From Candidatus Marinacidobacterales bacterium (GTDB lineage: Bacteria > Acidobacteriota > Vicinamibacteria > Marinacidobacterales > DATDRI01), in contig OZ244742.1 of NCBI GenBank assembly GCA_965219415.1, positions 736,001 to 800,000 on the forward strand: a stretch of DNA of 64,000 nucleotides, written 5' to 3'. This document shows positions 20,321 to 32,144 of the stretch, one piece after another; positions within the stretch are counted from its first letter, which is position 1, and each line of letters begins with the position of its first letter. The notes beneath the pieces were generated by a model. It was not told the origin of the DNA, did not search any database, and saw only the letters and a program-made list of their open reading frames with translations. The position numbers and the translations under genes were made by a program.

Positions 20321-21070
20321 TCGGTTCCCCCCATGGGTTTGCTTTTTGCTGACCCGCGTATCGGGATATGCAACTCTGCTTTGTGTGAGTCCGGCATCTA
20401 TAAATGCCGCGAGCATATTGATAGTAACGGCAAACGGGTCAAGAACTGGCACCGACAGCTTCATGGCCGCCAGCATCCCTTGTAGATCATCGGCAAGAAA
20501 AGCATAACCCGTACAGCAAATGACCAACGAGTCGGCACCTGCTTCGACAACCGCTTTTCTGCCTGCCTCAGCCAGCAATGCCGCCGTTCGCGCCGGATCG
20601 GTACCTATTTCCATGACCGGGATACCAACCACCTGACACGACGCGAGACGGGAACTTAGCCCCTCCTTATGTACTTGTTCCCGGAAATACCGCGCAGAAA
20701 ACTCACTGGTGACCAGGAGACTGAATCGACGTCCCAGCAAGGCCGCAACGTGCATCGATGTATGGCCGGGGCCGAGTACCGGGATGGACACACTCTCGCG
20801 CATCTCTCCTACACCAGGATCCGCCATGCAATTGACCATGATCCCGTCCACACCTTCCTTTTCAGCTTTGACCGCATTCTTGATCAGTTCCGGTACTGCC
20901 AGGCTGAGTGCCGTCAGTGATTCCGTTGTTCCCAGCTCCGGTCCGCTGTCAGGGGAAGCTACGCTGAAGGTCAGGCCTTCGTGGCCATAGCGCTGGCTTG
21001 TCTGCTCTAACAGAATCTCTGACCGATCCTCTACCCCAACAAACGCTCCAATGATTCTGATGTGTTTCAT
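20204..21070 (-). CDS. Asp/Glu/hydantoin racemase family protein; C-terminal ~40 aa probably read-through
   Basis: NCMADPG and ICCTG catalytic cysteines, PVLDP, GLTQSRVAYP. Confidence 0.8.
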   Translation of the reverse strand: MKHIRIIGAFVGVEDRSEILLEQTSQRYGHEGLTFSVASPDSGPELGTTESLTALSLAVPELIKNAVKAEKEGVDGIMVNCMADPGVGEMRESVSIPVLGPGHTSMHVAALLGRRFSLLVTSEFSARYFREQVHKEGLSSRLASCQVVGIPVMEIGTDPARTAALLAEAGRKAVVEAGADSLVICCTGYAFLADDLQGMLAAMKLSVPVLDPFAVTINMLAAFIDAGLTQSRVAYPDTRVSKKQTHGGNRLGRALDPPQGFLGNVQVVRDLPNSGASPAHVLHIPLLS

Positions 21071-21114
21071 TCAACTCCTCCTAGGTGCCATGTTGCAGCA
21101 GACCAAGGTACTTC

Positions 21115-24100
21115 CTAGTCGGTGGCCCCCATGGCTTGCTCGAGCCGATGGAGTTGCCGTTGAAGCTCGTCGTTGAGTTTCTCCCAGCGATCGCTAGCAT
21201 CGCGTCCTGGTCGCTGATCGGCCTGCCGCAGATTCCCGTACAGGTAGGCGAGTTGGTCGACGAGCATCGGTCGTGAATAGCGGATGGACGCGGTGACCAG
21301 CTCGTCCTTTATAGAGGCGAGGGTCCCTTTCTCGTCCTCGGGCGCTTCCTCGATCGCCTTTTCTAGTTTGGCTGCGGCGAGCCGGGCGTCGCTGAGCGCG
21401 TCGCGCACTTTGAGAGCCATCTCGGCCTGAGCGGTCACATCCCCCTCGCTGACCTGCCCCTCTCGCACCACACGTGGGTCCATCTTCACTTCGAAGGAGG
21501 CGGTCCGGCTCCAATCCCCCGCTGTCAGGCGGGCGCGATAGGTGCCCGGCGCAACTAGCGGGCCGTTCCGGCCGGAACGTTCCGCGTCTTCATTCCACGG
21601 GCCGGCATAACGCAAGTCCCACAGGAAACGATGCATGCCCGCATCCTTGGTGAGCTTGGGCGTTCCGACGATCTCTAGACTCCATTCTCGCATGCTCGCT
21701 TCTTCCGGAAGAACGTTCTTCTCGCCGAGAGTATCACTCGAAAACGCTCGGAGCACTTCTTCGTCTGCATCCAGAATTTCGAGCTTCAATTCTCCGGAGG
21801 GCTCGCGCTCCAAGTAGTAATCGATGTTCGCGCCCGGGCTCGGGTAGTGCGGCTCATGAGAGGCCCTGTCACCGCGAGATCTGCGCGAGCCGTACAACCG
21901 ATAAGGGGGCTTGACTTGGAAGAGATGGTTTGCCCTCGCGGTCTCGACGTTGACTTCGTGACACGGTGTCAGGTCGTACAAGATCCAAAAACCCCTACCC
22001 ATCGTCGACAAAACCAGGTCTTGGTCGACGACCTTGATATCGGTCACCGGGGTCACCGGAAGGTTGAGCTGCAAGGGTTGCCACTCCGCTCCATCGTCGA
22101 AAGAGATGAACATGCCGAACTCCGTTCCCGCATAGAGCAACCCTTGCCGATCCGGATCCTCTCTGACCACTCGAACGGGGTAATCATCCGGAATGCCATT
22201 GTCTCCAGGCGTGATCCGCGTCCAGCTCTTCCCATAATCCTTGGTCTTGAACACATAGGGTTCAAAATCTCCCAGTTGGTAACGCAAGATCGCGGCATAA
22301 GCCTTTGCCGGATCGTGGGGAGATACCTCTACATTCTGTACGCGCCCAAAGGGCCCGAGCCCGCGGGGAGTCACATTCTCCCAATTCTTCCCGTTGTCCC
22401 TCGTGATCTGGATCGGTCCGTCGTTGGCCCCAACCCAGATGACGCCGGGCTCGTGCGGCGATTCCTGAATTTCGTAGATGACGCTGAAGTGCTCTTCGCC
22501 GGTCACGTCACGTGTGATCGGACTGCCCGACACGACCTGCGTCTCGGGATCGAAAGCGGTGAGATCGGGGGAGATGATCTCCCACGTTTGTCCGCCATCC
22601 TCGGTCACGTGGACGAACTGCGAGGTGTGATAGACACGGTTCGCGTCGTGGGGCGAGACATGAATCGGCGCCACCCGCTGGAAACGAAAGGCGAGATCCT
22701 TGGGATTGTGCCCATAGAGGTTCCAAAAGCCGACGTAGTTATGTTGTTCTTGGCCGGTCCGGCGATTGAAAACCCCGAAGCGTCCCTTGCAGTTCGCGTA
22801 GACGATATCGGGATCTCCCGGTTTCGGCACCACCGGGCCGGTCTCACAACCGCCGTGAGCTTCCCACAAAGACGTGTGCCCTCCGGGCATGTAACGGGGC
22901 GGGAGACTCGGCAGTGAAATGGTGCTGTTGTCCTGCTGCCCCGCATAGAGGCGATAAGGAAACTCGTCGCTGATGTCGACTTGGTAGAGCTCCGCAGTCG
23001 GTTGGTTCAACTGGGTCGACCAAGTCTCGCCGCCATCGAGCGTGATGTTTGCACCGCCATCATTCGACTGGATAAAGATGTGTGGGAGGTCGGGATTGAT
23101 CCACATATCGTGATTGTCGCCGTGGGGCACCGGCCTCTTCGTCCACGACTTGCCAGCATCCTCGGATTTCCAATGCCCTTCCGCCATCCCCCAGAGGATG
23201 TCCGGCTTTTTTGGGTGTGCTTCGAGGTTGCAGTAATAGAACGGTCGATTGCGGATGGATTGGAAGTCCGTCACTTGCTCCCAAGTCGCTCCGCGATCGT
23301 CCGACCGGTAGACCCCTCCTTCTTCGCCGGGAGCCTCGATGAGCACGTAGACGCGATCGGGGTCGCCGGCAGACACCGCGAGGTCGGCTTTACCCCGGAG
23401 ACCCTGCGGTAGTCCGTTCGTCAGCTCGGACCACGTGTCGCCACCATCCGAGGACTTGTAGACACCGCCCTCCTCCCCACCGCTAATGATCGTCCACGGT
23501 TTCCGCTCCGCTTGCCAGAGCGTGGCGTAGATCTCGCGAGGGTTGTCCGGAGCGAACTCCAGGTCAACCGCTCCCGTCTTCTCCGATACGAAGAGCACGT
23601 TCTCCCACGTCGACCCGCCGTCCTTGGTGCGATAGACACCGCGCTCGGGATTCGAGGCGAAGGGGTTTCCGATCGCCGCCAGGTAGACGAGATCAGGATT
23701 CTCGGGGTGAATCAAAACGGCTCCGCTATTGCCGGTCTCTTCGAGACCGACGTGCTCCCATGTCTCGCCGCCATCCGACGACTTGTAAACGCCCTTGCCG
23801 ATAATGACGTTGCTTCTAAGGCCGTCCGATCCGGTTGCAACGTAAACGATGTTCGGATCCGAGTCCGCGACGCGAATGGCTCCGATCGATCCGGTAGCGA
23901 AGTAGCCGTCGGAAACAGGCAACCAATTCTGCCCATAGTCGGTGGTCTTGAAGACGCCGCCGCCCGTCGCTCCCAAATAGAACGTCGACGGCCGGTCCTT
24001 GTGGCCAGCGACGGCCGTAACGCGACCTCCGCGCGAGGGGCCGATCATTCGATAGCCGAGTCCAGAGAAGAGCTCGGGGGGATAGGTCTCGGCAGCGACA

Positions 24101-24156
24101 TGCCAGGGCGCCGCCAACGACAGCATTCCGACAAGGATCGCAGTGTTCGGACGCAT
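21115..24156 (-). CDS. Secreted BNR/Asp-box (VPS10/sortilin-like) beta-propeller, glycosyl hydrolase-like
   Basis: IGPSRGGRV, repeated SxDGGxTW boxes, HGDNHDMWINP, LYAGTEFG. Confidence 0.85.
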   Translation of the reverse strand: MRPNTAILVGMLSLAAPWHVAAETYPPELFSGLGYRMIGPSRGGRVTAVAGHKDRPSTFYLGATGGGVFKTTDYGQNWLPVSDGYFATGSIGAIRVADSDPNIVYVATGSDGLRSNVIIGKGVYKSSDGGETWEHVGLEETGNSGAVLIHPENPDLVYLAAIGNPFASNPERGVYRTKDGGSTWENVLFVSEKTGAVDLEFAPDNPREIYATLWQAERKPWTIISGGEEGGVYKSSDGGDTWSELTNGLPQGLRGKADLAVSAGDPDRVYVLIEAPGEEGGVYRSDDRGATWEQVTDFQSIRNRPFYYCNLEAHPKKPDILWGMAEGHWKSEDAGKSWTKRPVPHGDNHDMWINPDLPHIFIQSNDGGANITLDGGETWSTQLNQPTAELYQVDISDEFPYRLYAGQQDNSTISLPSLPPRYMPGGHTSLWEAHGGCETGPVVPKPGDPDIVYANCKGRFGVFNRRTGQEQHNYVGFWNLYGHNPKDLAFRFQRVAPIHVSPHDANRVYHTSQFVHVTEDGGQTWEIISPDLTAFDPETQVVSGSPITRDVTGEEHFSVIYEIQESPHEPGVIWVGANDGPIQITRDNGKNWENVTPRGLGPFGRVQNVEVSPHDPAKAYAAILRYQLGDFEPYVFKTKDYGKSWTRITPGDNGIPDDYPVRVVREDPDRQGLLYAGTEFGMFISFDDGAEWQPLQLNLPVTPVTDIKVVDQDLVLSTMGRGFWILYDLTPCHEVNVETARANHLFQVKPPYRLYGSRRSRGDRASHEPHYPSPGANIDYYLEREPSGELKLEILDADEEVLRAFSSDTLGEKNVLPEEASMREWSLEIVGTPKLTKDAGMHRFLWDLRYAGPWNEDAERSGRNGPLVAPGTYRARLTAGDWSRTASFEVKMDPRVVREGQVSEGDVTAQAEMALKVRDALSDARLAAAKLEKAIEEAPEDEKGTLASIKDELVTASIRYSRPMLVDQLAYLYGNLRQADQRPGRDASDRWEKLNDELQRQLHRLEQAMGATD

Positions 24157-24157
24157 C

Positions 24158-26835
24158 TTAATCTGTCTCCGGTTTCGACCCGGTCACGACACGCGGCAGC
24201 TCACGATCAATGAGTGTCTTGTTGAACGCTGCCAGCTCATTGTTCACGAGGCTCTCTAACTCCTCTTGGTACTGATGGAGCCGTTCCCTCAAGACCTCGT
24301 GAACTTGGCGGTGTTGATCGGTCGGTGGATAGTCGGCGACGGCGACGGTGCTGGCCAAGTAGGCGATCTTCCCCACCAGCATCGAGGGCCAACGGACGCG
24401 GTCCTGGCCGGTCCCGGTGACTTTCATCTGCGTGAGCTTCTCCTCCAAAGCGATGAAGGTTCCGTCGAGCTCTTTGGCACCGGACTCCAATGCTTCCGCG
24501 TCACCGAGCTCCTTGACAACCGCCTGTAGGTCGTAGAGTTGACGCCGGATCCACTCGATACGATTGATCGCCGCCGCCGCCTGGTTCGCGTCTTCTCGCA
24601 GGCCGACCAGCATTTCGGTTTGTGCCCGGATGTCAGCCTCGGTTCCTTCCGAGTGGGATCCTTCCGGATCTCGAGTTTCTCCGAGTACTCCATGCCCTCG
24701 ACTTCTAGGCTGACCGTGTATTCTCCGGGCGGAACCAAGACGGCGATGCGATCGACACCGGACTTACGCCAACGCTCGGCGCCGAGATCGACCCAATCAG
24801 CGTGAAGAGGCTTCGTTCGCAGTTTAATCTCAGTCGATTCCTCGCCCTTGAGATCCCACCAAATTCGATTAATGCCGGCCTTCTTCGTGCCCTCGAGCTC
24901 GCGGATCGTCTCTCCCGCCGCGTCCTTGATCTTCACCTTGACCTCGGCCTCTTCATCCTCGGCCTCTTCATCCTCGGCCTCTTCATCCTCGACCTCTTTC
25001 GCCATCCAGTAACTGATGGAGGCTCCGTAAGGCGGATCGTCGCCAGCCGATGCGTCGGTCAGCGTGTACATGAGCGGCGTGATAGGCCGGAAGCGGTAGG
25101 CCGGCCGGGGCTCGAAGAGGTGAGCGTCGGAAGCCGTTACCTCGTCCGTGAGCTGCTGGAGCGGCGTGATGTCGTCGAGAATCCAGAAGCCGCGACCGTA
25201 GGTTCCGACAACCAAGTCGTTTGAAATGCTCTTGCACCACGAGCCAGTAGATCGGTGACGCGGGTAGGTTGTTCTTGAGTGGTTGCCAACCGCCGCCATC
25301 GTCGAAAGATACGTAGAGGGCGTTCTCGGTCCCCAAGTACAAGAGGCCTGGACGCACCGGATCCTCACGAACATTGCGAGCGTAACTCAGTGGGTTATCC
25401 GCAATGCCGTCCGTGATCTTGGTCCAGCTCTGCCCGAAATCTTCCGTCTTGTAAACGTAGGGTGCGAAGTTGCCGACCTGGTGGAAATCGACAGTCAAAT
25501 ACACCTTGCCTGCATCCCATTTGGAGGCATCGATATTGCGTACCGTGCCGAGCGGAGGGAGGTCCGGTATGTTCGAGGTCACGTTGGTCCAGTTCGCTCC
25601 CCCGTCTTGGCTCACGTGCACCAAACCGTCGTTCGAGCCCGCCCAGAGCACTCCCTGTCGCACCGGCGACTCGTCGAAGGCGTAGATGACGCAACAGTAC
25701 TCGACACGTGATGGTCCCAACCGGGAGACTCGAAACCGCCTTTACCGATACGCTCGGCCTTTTCGGCTGTCTTGCCGCCATCCTTGGTGCGACTGAACGA
25801 TGCCGAAAGAAAGTAGACTTCGTCCGCATCGTTCGTCGACACCGCGCAGCGTGAGTAGTAAGCACTCCGACCAGCGAGGTCCCGATTGTGTGTCACGAGC
25901 TCCCACTTGTCCCCACCGTCGTCCGAGCGCCAGAGCTCGCCGCTCTCCGTCTCCTCGCCATGCCATGGAACGCCGTCGCCGGTCTCGATGAGGGCGTAGA
26001 TCCGGTCGGAGCTTTCGGGACTCATGCAAACAGCGATCTTGCCCACCGGCTTCTTGGGCAAGCCCTCGCCCTCGAGAGGGGTCCAGTTGTCCCCACCCTC
26101 CCGTGACATGAAGAGTCCGCTCCCCGGGCCGCCACTCTCGCAGCCCCAGGTCTTGATCTCGACTTGCCACATCCCCGCGATCAAGATCCGCGGATTGTTG
26201 GGATCCATCACCAAATCGGAGGCACCCGTCTTTTCGTCTACGAAGAGGACCTTCTCCCAGTTCTTGCCTCCATCGGTCGTCCGGTAAATCCCTCGTTCCG
26301 GCTGAGTACTGTAACCGTGCCCGAGCGCCGCGACGTACACGATGTCCGGATCGGTAGGATGGATGATCACGCGCCCAATGCGCCCCGTACCCTCGAGTCC
26401 CATGTGCTGCCAATTGGAGCCCGCGTCGGTGGACCTCCAGACTCCGTTTCCGATGGACACGTTCGAACGGATGAATGTTTCGCCGGTGCCCGCCCAAACG
26501 ATGTTCGGATCGGAGGGAGCCACCGCAAGGGACCCGATCGAATGGACCGGCTGATCGTCGAACACTGGCTCCCAATTGATCCCGCCGTCAGTCGTCTTCC
26601 AGATCCCTCCAGAGGCCGCACCCACGAAGTAAATCATTCTGTCGCCGGGCACACCGGCAACCGAGCTCACTCGATTACCTACCGGTCCGATATGCCGGTA
26701 GCGCAGCGATTCGTACTGTTCGGGAGCCAACTGCTCGGCCGCGGCTGCTCCCCCGATGAAAAAGATGAATGCCCAAAAGATGAAGAGAGTCGCGAAATAG
26801 GTTGCCAGTAAGGAGGCTCGGCTCGAGCTCGACAT
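24158..26835 (-). pseudogene. Second BNR/VPS10 paralog with an internal deletion near 25710 and frameshifts near 25225 and 24655
   Basis: Start MSSSSRAS (26835), HIGPVGNRV, Asp boxes; WDHH jumps directly to EYCCVIYAFDESP; remaining pieces lie in three frames. Confidence 0.85.
24943..24998. repeat. 15-bp tandem repeat (about 3.5 copies) encoding EDEEA
   Basis: (CTCGGCCTCTTCATC)n visible in sequence. Confidence 0.85.
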
Positions 26836-26979
26836 GATTACGCCTCCGTTTGCGGGTTCGACACGAGTATCATGATTGACTTGGGGAGGGCAGTTTATGC
26901 GGCCCCACCTCTCTTGGCCAGCGTCATCCCGGATGCCCCCACAGGTTCCCGTGATAGTCTCCGCTCCGAGGTCGACGCA

Positions 26980-29280
26980 ATGAGAAAACCCTATTTCCAT
27001 ATTCTGTTTTTCGCGAGCCTTACGGCGCTCGTCGCTATGAGGACCAACCCCGAGTCGGCGGAGGAGCTCGAACGCAACCGCGAGCTCTACGGCTACGCCA
27101 CCGTGGATCCGGACGAGGAGATCGTCGCCGGCACTTGGGGAACATGGACCGTCACGTATCACGTGGGTCGACTGGGCGTCGACGACGGGGGACGCCTGTT
27201 CGTCCTCACGCAAGCGGCTACGGATTGGGGACCGTTCCAGGTCGACCAACCGGAACAGGTCAATTACATGACGGTTGGCACGACGGGAAACGCCAGCGTC
27301 AACGCTCGCTTCGAGCCGCGTCACGCGAGTCCCCGACCCTTCTGGCGGGGCGCGGTGATCACCGTCACCGATGGATACCTCAAGGAAGGCGACACCATCA
27401 TCGTCACGTTCGGGGATCGCTCCGGCGGCGGTCCGGGCAGCCGCTTTCAGACATTCGATCACCCGACGGATTTTCAGTTCCGCGTCCTCGCCGACGTCTT
27501 CAACGCGGTGCGGCAAGTGCGCGTCTTCGACTCCCCCACCCTTCGTGTCGTGGGTGGCTCGGCTAGCACCCTCGAAGCCATCTGGCCGACCGGGGTGCGG
27601 AAGGGCGAACCGACTTGGCTCCAAGTGCGGGCCAAGGACTCGTGGGGAAACCCTTCTCCTTCCTACCGTGGGACGATTCGTTTCGAGACCGACCAAAGTG
27701 TCTCGGGGCTTCCGGCAAGCTACACGTTCACCGCGACGGATGGAGGTTTCCATCGCTTCGAAGGCTTGGCGGTCGAAGAGAACGGGACGACCCGGGTTCG
27801 CGTCGCGGATGATTCCCGGCTGGCGCTTTCTGCAGAGAGCAACGCCCTCGTCTCATCGACCGGCGAATCACTGCAACCTTATTGGGGCGACCTTCACGGG
27901 CAAAGCGGTGAGACCGGTGGCATCGGTACCATCGTCGACTATTTCTCCTACGCGCGGAACTTCGCCGGCGTTGACTTCGTCTCTTGGGCCGGAAACGACG
28001 TCCACATCACCCCCGGCGATTGGCGGTCCATCCAGAAGGCCACGAAGGACGTCAACGAGCCCGGCCGGTTCGTTTCCTATCTCGGCTACGAATGGTCGGG
28101 AAACACCCCCAACGGCGGTGATCACAACGTCATCTACCTGGACGATGACCGTCCGGTCCATCGAAGCGCCTATGTCGAGGAGGAGGTCCCGCATGACCCT
28201 TCCACCGATCGCAACACCATCGCGGCGTTACTCGAGACCATCGGCTCCGACCGCGTGATGCTGATGCCGCATGTGGGTGGCCGCCGTGCGAATTTCGATT
28301 TCTTCGACCCGGCTCTCATGCCGTTCATTGAGCTCTACTCGAACCATGGGCAGTTCGAGTGGATCGTGGAGGAAGCGATCGAGCGGGGTCTCAAAGTGGG
28401 CTTCGTGGCCAGCAGCGACGATGTGTACTCGAAGCCGGGCGAATCGATTCCCGGCGTCGGCCTGTTTGCGGTGCATGGCGGGCTCACTTGCGCGTACGCG
28501 CGCGGCTTAGATCGTGAATCCCTTTGGGCGGCTTTTTTCGACCGGCGCGTCTATGGCACGACCGGCGAGCGCATCGCTGTACGGTTCAAGGCCGGGGATC
28601 ACTGGATGGGCGAGGAGATGGAGCCTCGAGGGCCGGTGACCTTCTCGGTTCAGGTCGCCGGAACAGACGGAATAGAACGCATCGATTTGTTCCGCGGACT
28701 AGAACGAGCCCACCGATACATGGGGCGAGCCGAGGGTCCGCTCGATCGGATCAAGATCATCTGGCGAGGGGCCCGCAGTAAACATCGTCGCCGGCAAGTT
28801 GTGTGGCAGGGTTCGATCCAACTGAACGAGGGAAGGTTCGAAGACGTTCGGTCGTACCGATTCGATTATCCCAATGAAGAGCTCGAGCACGACGGAGCGC
28901 GATCGCTGAGCTTTCGGACGCTCACCACGGGAGACGAGGACGGCGTCGTGCTAAGCGTCGCCGGTTCCGAGCAGGCAGTGCTGACGTTGGATGCCGAGAC
29001 GTCGTTTCGCAACCAATTCGGTTCCGGGGGGACGACCTCGGAGCCGTTTCGGATATCGATTCCGGTCGGAGACCTGAGCGCCGAGGATTGGATCCACCAA
29101 GTGGGCCCTCTCGATCGAGAGGTCGTCATTCGAAGGGTCGCCGACTCTTATGAGAGAGACGCCAGTTTTACTTGGACCGAGAAGGAAGTGCCGCTCGGGA
29201 CGACCTCCTACTGGATTCGAGTTCTCCAGGAAGACGGGGCGATCGCGTGGTCGAGCCCCATCTTCGTGACGCGGAAGTGA
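26980..29280 (+). CDS. DUF3604-type PHP-fold metallohydrolase with Ig-like domains, exported
   Basis: YWGDLHGQSGET, GYEWS..GGDHNV, PHVGGR, GFVASSD, RRVYGTTG, AWSSPIFV; hydrophobic leader after ATG 26980. Confidence 0.78.
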   Translation: MRKPYFHILFFASLTALVAMRTNPESAEELERNRELYGYATVDPDEEIVAGTWGTWTVTYHVGRLGVDDGGRLFVLTQAATDWGPFQVDQPEQVNYMTVGTTGNASVNARFEPRHASPRPFWRGAVITVTDGYLKEGDTIIVTFGDRSGGGPGSRFQTFDHPTDFQFRVLADVFNAVRQVRVFDSPTLRVVGGSASTLEAIWPTGVRKGEPTWLQVRAKDSWGNPSPSYRGTIRFETDQSVSGLPASYTFTATDGGFHRFEGLAVEENGTTRVRVADDSRLALSAESNALVSSTGESLQPYWGDLHGQSGETGGIGTIVDYFSYARNFAGVDFVSWAGNDVHITPGDWRSIQKATKDVNEPGRFVSYLGYEWSGNTPNGGDHNVIYLDDDRPVHRSAYVEEEVPHDPSTDRNTIAALLETIGSDRVMLMPHVGGRRANFDFFDPALMPFIELYSNHGQFEWIVEEAIERGLKVGFVASSDDVYSKPGESIPGVGLFAVHGGLTCAYARGLDRESLWAAFFDRRVYGTTGERIAVRFKAGDHWMGEEMEPRGPVTFSVQVAGTDGIERIDLFRGLERAHRYMGRAEGPLDRIKIIWRGARSKHRRRQVVWQGSIQLNEGRFEDVRSYRFDYPNEELEHDGARSLSFRTLTTGDEDGVVLSVAGSEQAVLTLDAETSFRNQFGSGGTTSEPFRISIPVGDLSAEDWIHQVGPLDREVVIRRVADSYERDASFTWTEKEVPLGTTSYWIRVLQEDGAIAWSSPIFVTRK

Positions 29281-29296
29281 GTCTCAGCAGCAGAGC

Positions 29297-30703
29297 CTAG
29301 ACGTCCGACTCGAGGAGCTGGCGAGCCCTTCCGATCTGGTCGCTGACGGCGCCCGAAGCCACGCCGCCCCGAGAATCTCTCCGCTCGACCGACGCCCGGT
29401 AGTCCCAGACCTGGGCGACGTCTTCCTCGAACACATCCGAGAACTCGCGTAGCGACGACAGGTCCATCTCGTCAGGGTCGGTTCCCCGTTCCGCGGCACC
29501 CGATAGAACTTCACCGACGATCTGATGCGCCCGTCTGAAATCGACCCCTTTCCCCACTAGATAGTCGGCGAGGTCGGTGGCGAGAAGATCGGATGAGAGC
29601 GCCGCCTTCATCGCATCGGCGTGGACGACGATCGACTCGACCGTTCCCCGGACGACGGGAAGCGTCGCCGCCAGCGTATCGATGGCGTCGAAGACCGGCT
29701 CTTTGTCTTCTTGGAGGTCTCGTTGATAGCCGGTAGGAAGCCCTTTGACCGTGGTGAGAACGGCCGTCAGATCCCCGAGCACCCGTCCGCACTTGCCTCG
29801 CGTCAGCTCGAGACCATCGGGGTTTCTCTTTTGCGGCATCAGGCTGCTGCCGGTGGCATAGGCTTCGTCGATCTCGATGAAGCCGAACTCGCGGGTGGAC
29901 CACAAAATGAGATCCTCCGCCATTCGCGAAAGGTTCGTTGCCAAAATGGATGCGGCGGACAAGAACTCCAGGGCGAAATCCCGCGAGGAGATGGCATCGA
30001 TGCTGTTTTCGAGAATCGAAACAAACCCCAACTCTTCGGCAAGCGTCTCGCGATCGATTCCCATGGGGTTTCCGGCAAGCGCGCCCGCCCCCAGCGGAAG
30101 CTGGAGAATCCGGGTGCGCGCCTCGGCGAAACGCTCCCGATCCCTTTGCAGAGCCCAGAAATAGGAGAGCAAGTAATGCGCGAAGACCACGGGTTGTCCC
30201 CGGCGCATGTGCGTATAGCCAGGCATGAGAACATCGTGCGTCTCTTGAGCACGTACGACGAGCGTTTCTTGAAGGCTTCGGATCTCGTCCCGAAGCGATG
30301 GAATGACGGCTCCCAAATGAAGACGGAACCCCGTCACCGCCAAATCGTTCCGACTTCGTCCCGCCGGGAGCTTTCCGGCCAGCTCCGGCCCGACGACCTC
30401 CCCTAACAATCGCTCAGCAGCGGTATGAATGTCCTCGTCGGTTTCGAGGAAAGGGGTGGGCCCTTTCTGCAACTGGCGGCCGACCTCGTCCAGTCCTTGC
30501 TCGATGGTGCGGCACTCGGAATCGGAAAGAATGCCGGTGCGGCGGAGCGCCCGCGCGTAGACTTGGTTGATGTGGACTTCTTCCGCCCAAAGACGACGAT
30601 CGAAATCGATGGAGCGACCGAGATCCTCTAGGGATTGTGCGGTTGGTTTGCGGAAACGGCCTCCCCAAAGTTTCGACGGCGGTCGACCCGCCGGCGACTT
30701 CAT
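29297..30703 (-). CDS. argH: Argininosuccinate lyase
   Basis: [37 protein letters not shown]; ATGA overlap with argG. Confidence 0.95.
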   Translation of the reverse strand: MKSPAGRPPSKLWGGRFRKPTAQSLEDLGRSIDFDRRLWAEEVHINQVYARALRRTGILSDSECRTIEQGLDEVGRQLQKGPTPFLETDEDIHTAAERLLGEVVGPELAGKLPAGRSRNDLAVTGFRLHLGAVIPSLRDEIRSLQETLVVRAQETHDVLMPGYTHMRRGQPVVFAHYLLSYFWALQRDRERFAEARTRILQLPLGAGALAGNPMGIDRETLAEELGFVSILENSIDAISSRDFALEFLSAASILATNLSRMAEDLILWSTREFGFIEIDEAYATGSSLMPQKRNPDGLELTRGKCGRVLGDLTAVLTTVKGLPTGYQRDLQEDKEPVFDAIDTLAATLPVVRGTVESIVVHADAMKAALSSDLLATDLADYLVGKGVDFRRAHQIVGEVLSGAAERGTDPDEMDLSSLREFSDVFEEDVAQVWDYRASVERRDSRGGVASGAVSDQIGRARQLLESDV

Positions 30704-32013
30704 CCCGTATTCCCCTCCCGGGATGAGACCATCTCCGGAGCGCGCCGGCCGGAAGGGGCGTTCTTTTTTTCCTTTTCTTCCCATCGTCGGATGGATGGTG
30801 ACGGAGACGGTAAGGCCGACTGCAAAGCTAGGCGGCGGATCTTCTGTGGCAAGCCGAACAGGTGAATGAACCCTTCGGCATCCGCCTGGCTATAGACTTC
30901 GTCGTGACCGAACGTCGCAAATTCTTCGCGATACAGACTGAAGGCGGAGCTCCGGCCGGTGACTCGCACCGACCCTTTGTAAAGCTCTAGCCGCACTCGA
31001 CCGCTCGCGGTCTCCTGAGTCGACTCCACGAATGCGTCGAGCGCTTCCCGGAGCGGCGAGAACCACTGTCCATTGTAAACGAGCTCTGAATAGCGAAGCG
31101 CGACGCCAGCCTTGAAGTGAGAGGCCTCTCGGTCGAGACAAATGCTTTCGATGGCCTCGTGAGCCTCGCGAAGGATGCTTCCTCCAGGAGTCTCGTAGAC
31201 GCCGCGTGATTTCATCCCCACTAACCGGTTCTCGACGATATCGATTCGCCCCACGCCGTGCCGAGCCCCAATCTCGTTGAGCCGTTCGAGAAGCTGGACC
31301 GGCTCGAGCGGTTTGCCGTCCACGGCCACAGGATAGCCGCGGCGGAACTCCACTTCGACAGACTCCGGTTGGGCAGGTGCATCGACCGGGTGCTTGGTCA
31401 ACATGTACATGTCGTCTTCGGGAGCGGCCCAAGGATCCTCTAGGATGCCCCCTTCGTGACTCAGGTGAAGCAGATTCCCATCCCGGCTGTACAGATTCTC
31501 TGCAGTCTGAGCAACGGGAATCCCGCGTGCCTCGGCGTACGCCAACGCGTCCTCGCGGGAGCGGATCTCCCACTCACGCCACGGCGCGATGACTTTCAAA
31601 TGAGGCGCAAGCGCCAAATAGGTCAGCTCGAAACGAACCTGGTCGTTGCCTTTGCCGGTACAACCATGGGCCACCGACGTAGCGCCCTCCCGCTCGGCGA
31701 TCTCGACTTGGCGGCGAGCGATGACGGGGCGGGCCAGCGAGGTACCGAGGAGGTACTTACCCTCGTAGCGGGCTCCGGCGCGGAGCGAGTGAAAAAAGTA
31801 GTCGCGGACGAACTCGGTCCGCAGGTCTTCCACGAAGGCCTGGGAGGCCCCGATGGCGAGGGCCTTTTCCGCCGCCCCCTCGAGGTCTTCGCCTTGACCG
31901 ACATCAGCCAACATGGCGATGACTTCGCAGTCGTAGTTCTCTTTGAGCCAGGGGATCGCCACCGAGGTGTCGAGCCCTCCCGAATAGGCTAGGACGACCT
32001 TCGTTGGTTTCAT
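30700..32013 (-). CDS. argG: Argininosuccinate synthase
   Basis: [37 protein letters not shown]; start at ATG 32013. Confidence 0.96.
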   Translation of the reverse strand: MKPTKVVLAYSGGLDTSVAIPWLKENYDCEVIAMLADVGQGEDLEGAAEKALAIGASQAFVEDLRTEFVRDYFFHSLRAGARYEGKYLLGTSLARPVIARRQVEIAEREGATSVAHGCTGKGNDQVRFELTYLALAPHLKVIAPWREWEIRSREDALAYAEARGIPVAQTAENLYSRDGNLLHLSHEGGILEDPWAAPEDDMYMLTKHPVDAPAQPESVEVEFRRGYPVAVDGKPLEPVQLLERLNEIGARHGVGRIDIVENRLVGMKSRGVYETPGGSILREAHEAIESICLDREASHFKAGVALRYSELVYNGQWFSPLREALDAFVESTQETASGRVRLELYKGSVRVTGRSSAFSLYREEFATFGHDEVYSQADAEGFIHLFGLPQKIRRLALQSALPSPSPSIRRWEEKEKKNAPSGRRAPEMVSSREGNTG

Positions 32014-32067
32014 GCTTAGTGCCTCCCGTCGGCCGGGCCGGCTATTTCTCGTGACCGGCCCTTGATC

Positions 32068-32117
32068 CATGAATACATATGCACTCAGAGTGTATACAGT
32101 TGCATACCCCTAGTCAA
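32068..32117 (-). promoter_or_regulatory. sigma70 promoter of argGH overlapped by tandem ARG boxes
   Basis: caTGAATACATATGCAct (32068-85), 3-bp spacer, agTGTATACAGTTGCAta (32089-106); minus strand TTGACT-17-TACACT. Confidence 0.8.
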
Positions 32118-32144
32118 CCCCGTCCGGCCCGACCGGACAACGGG

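Noticed and set aside
24943-24998. Short repeat array as CRISPR
   Set aside because: Contiguous in-frame 15-mers without spacers; no cas genes.
25612-27753. 713-aa ORF as a fusion protein
   Set aside because: The first ~305 aa are the antisense of the DUF3604 gene; the real gene starts at 26835.
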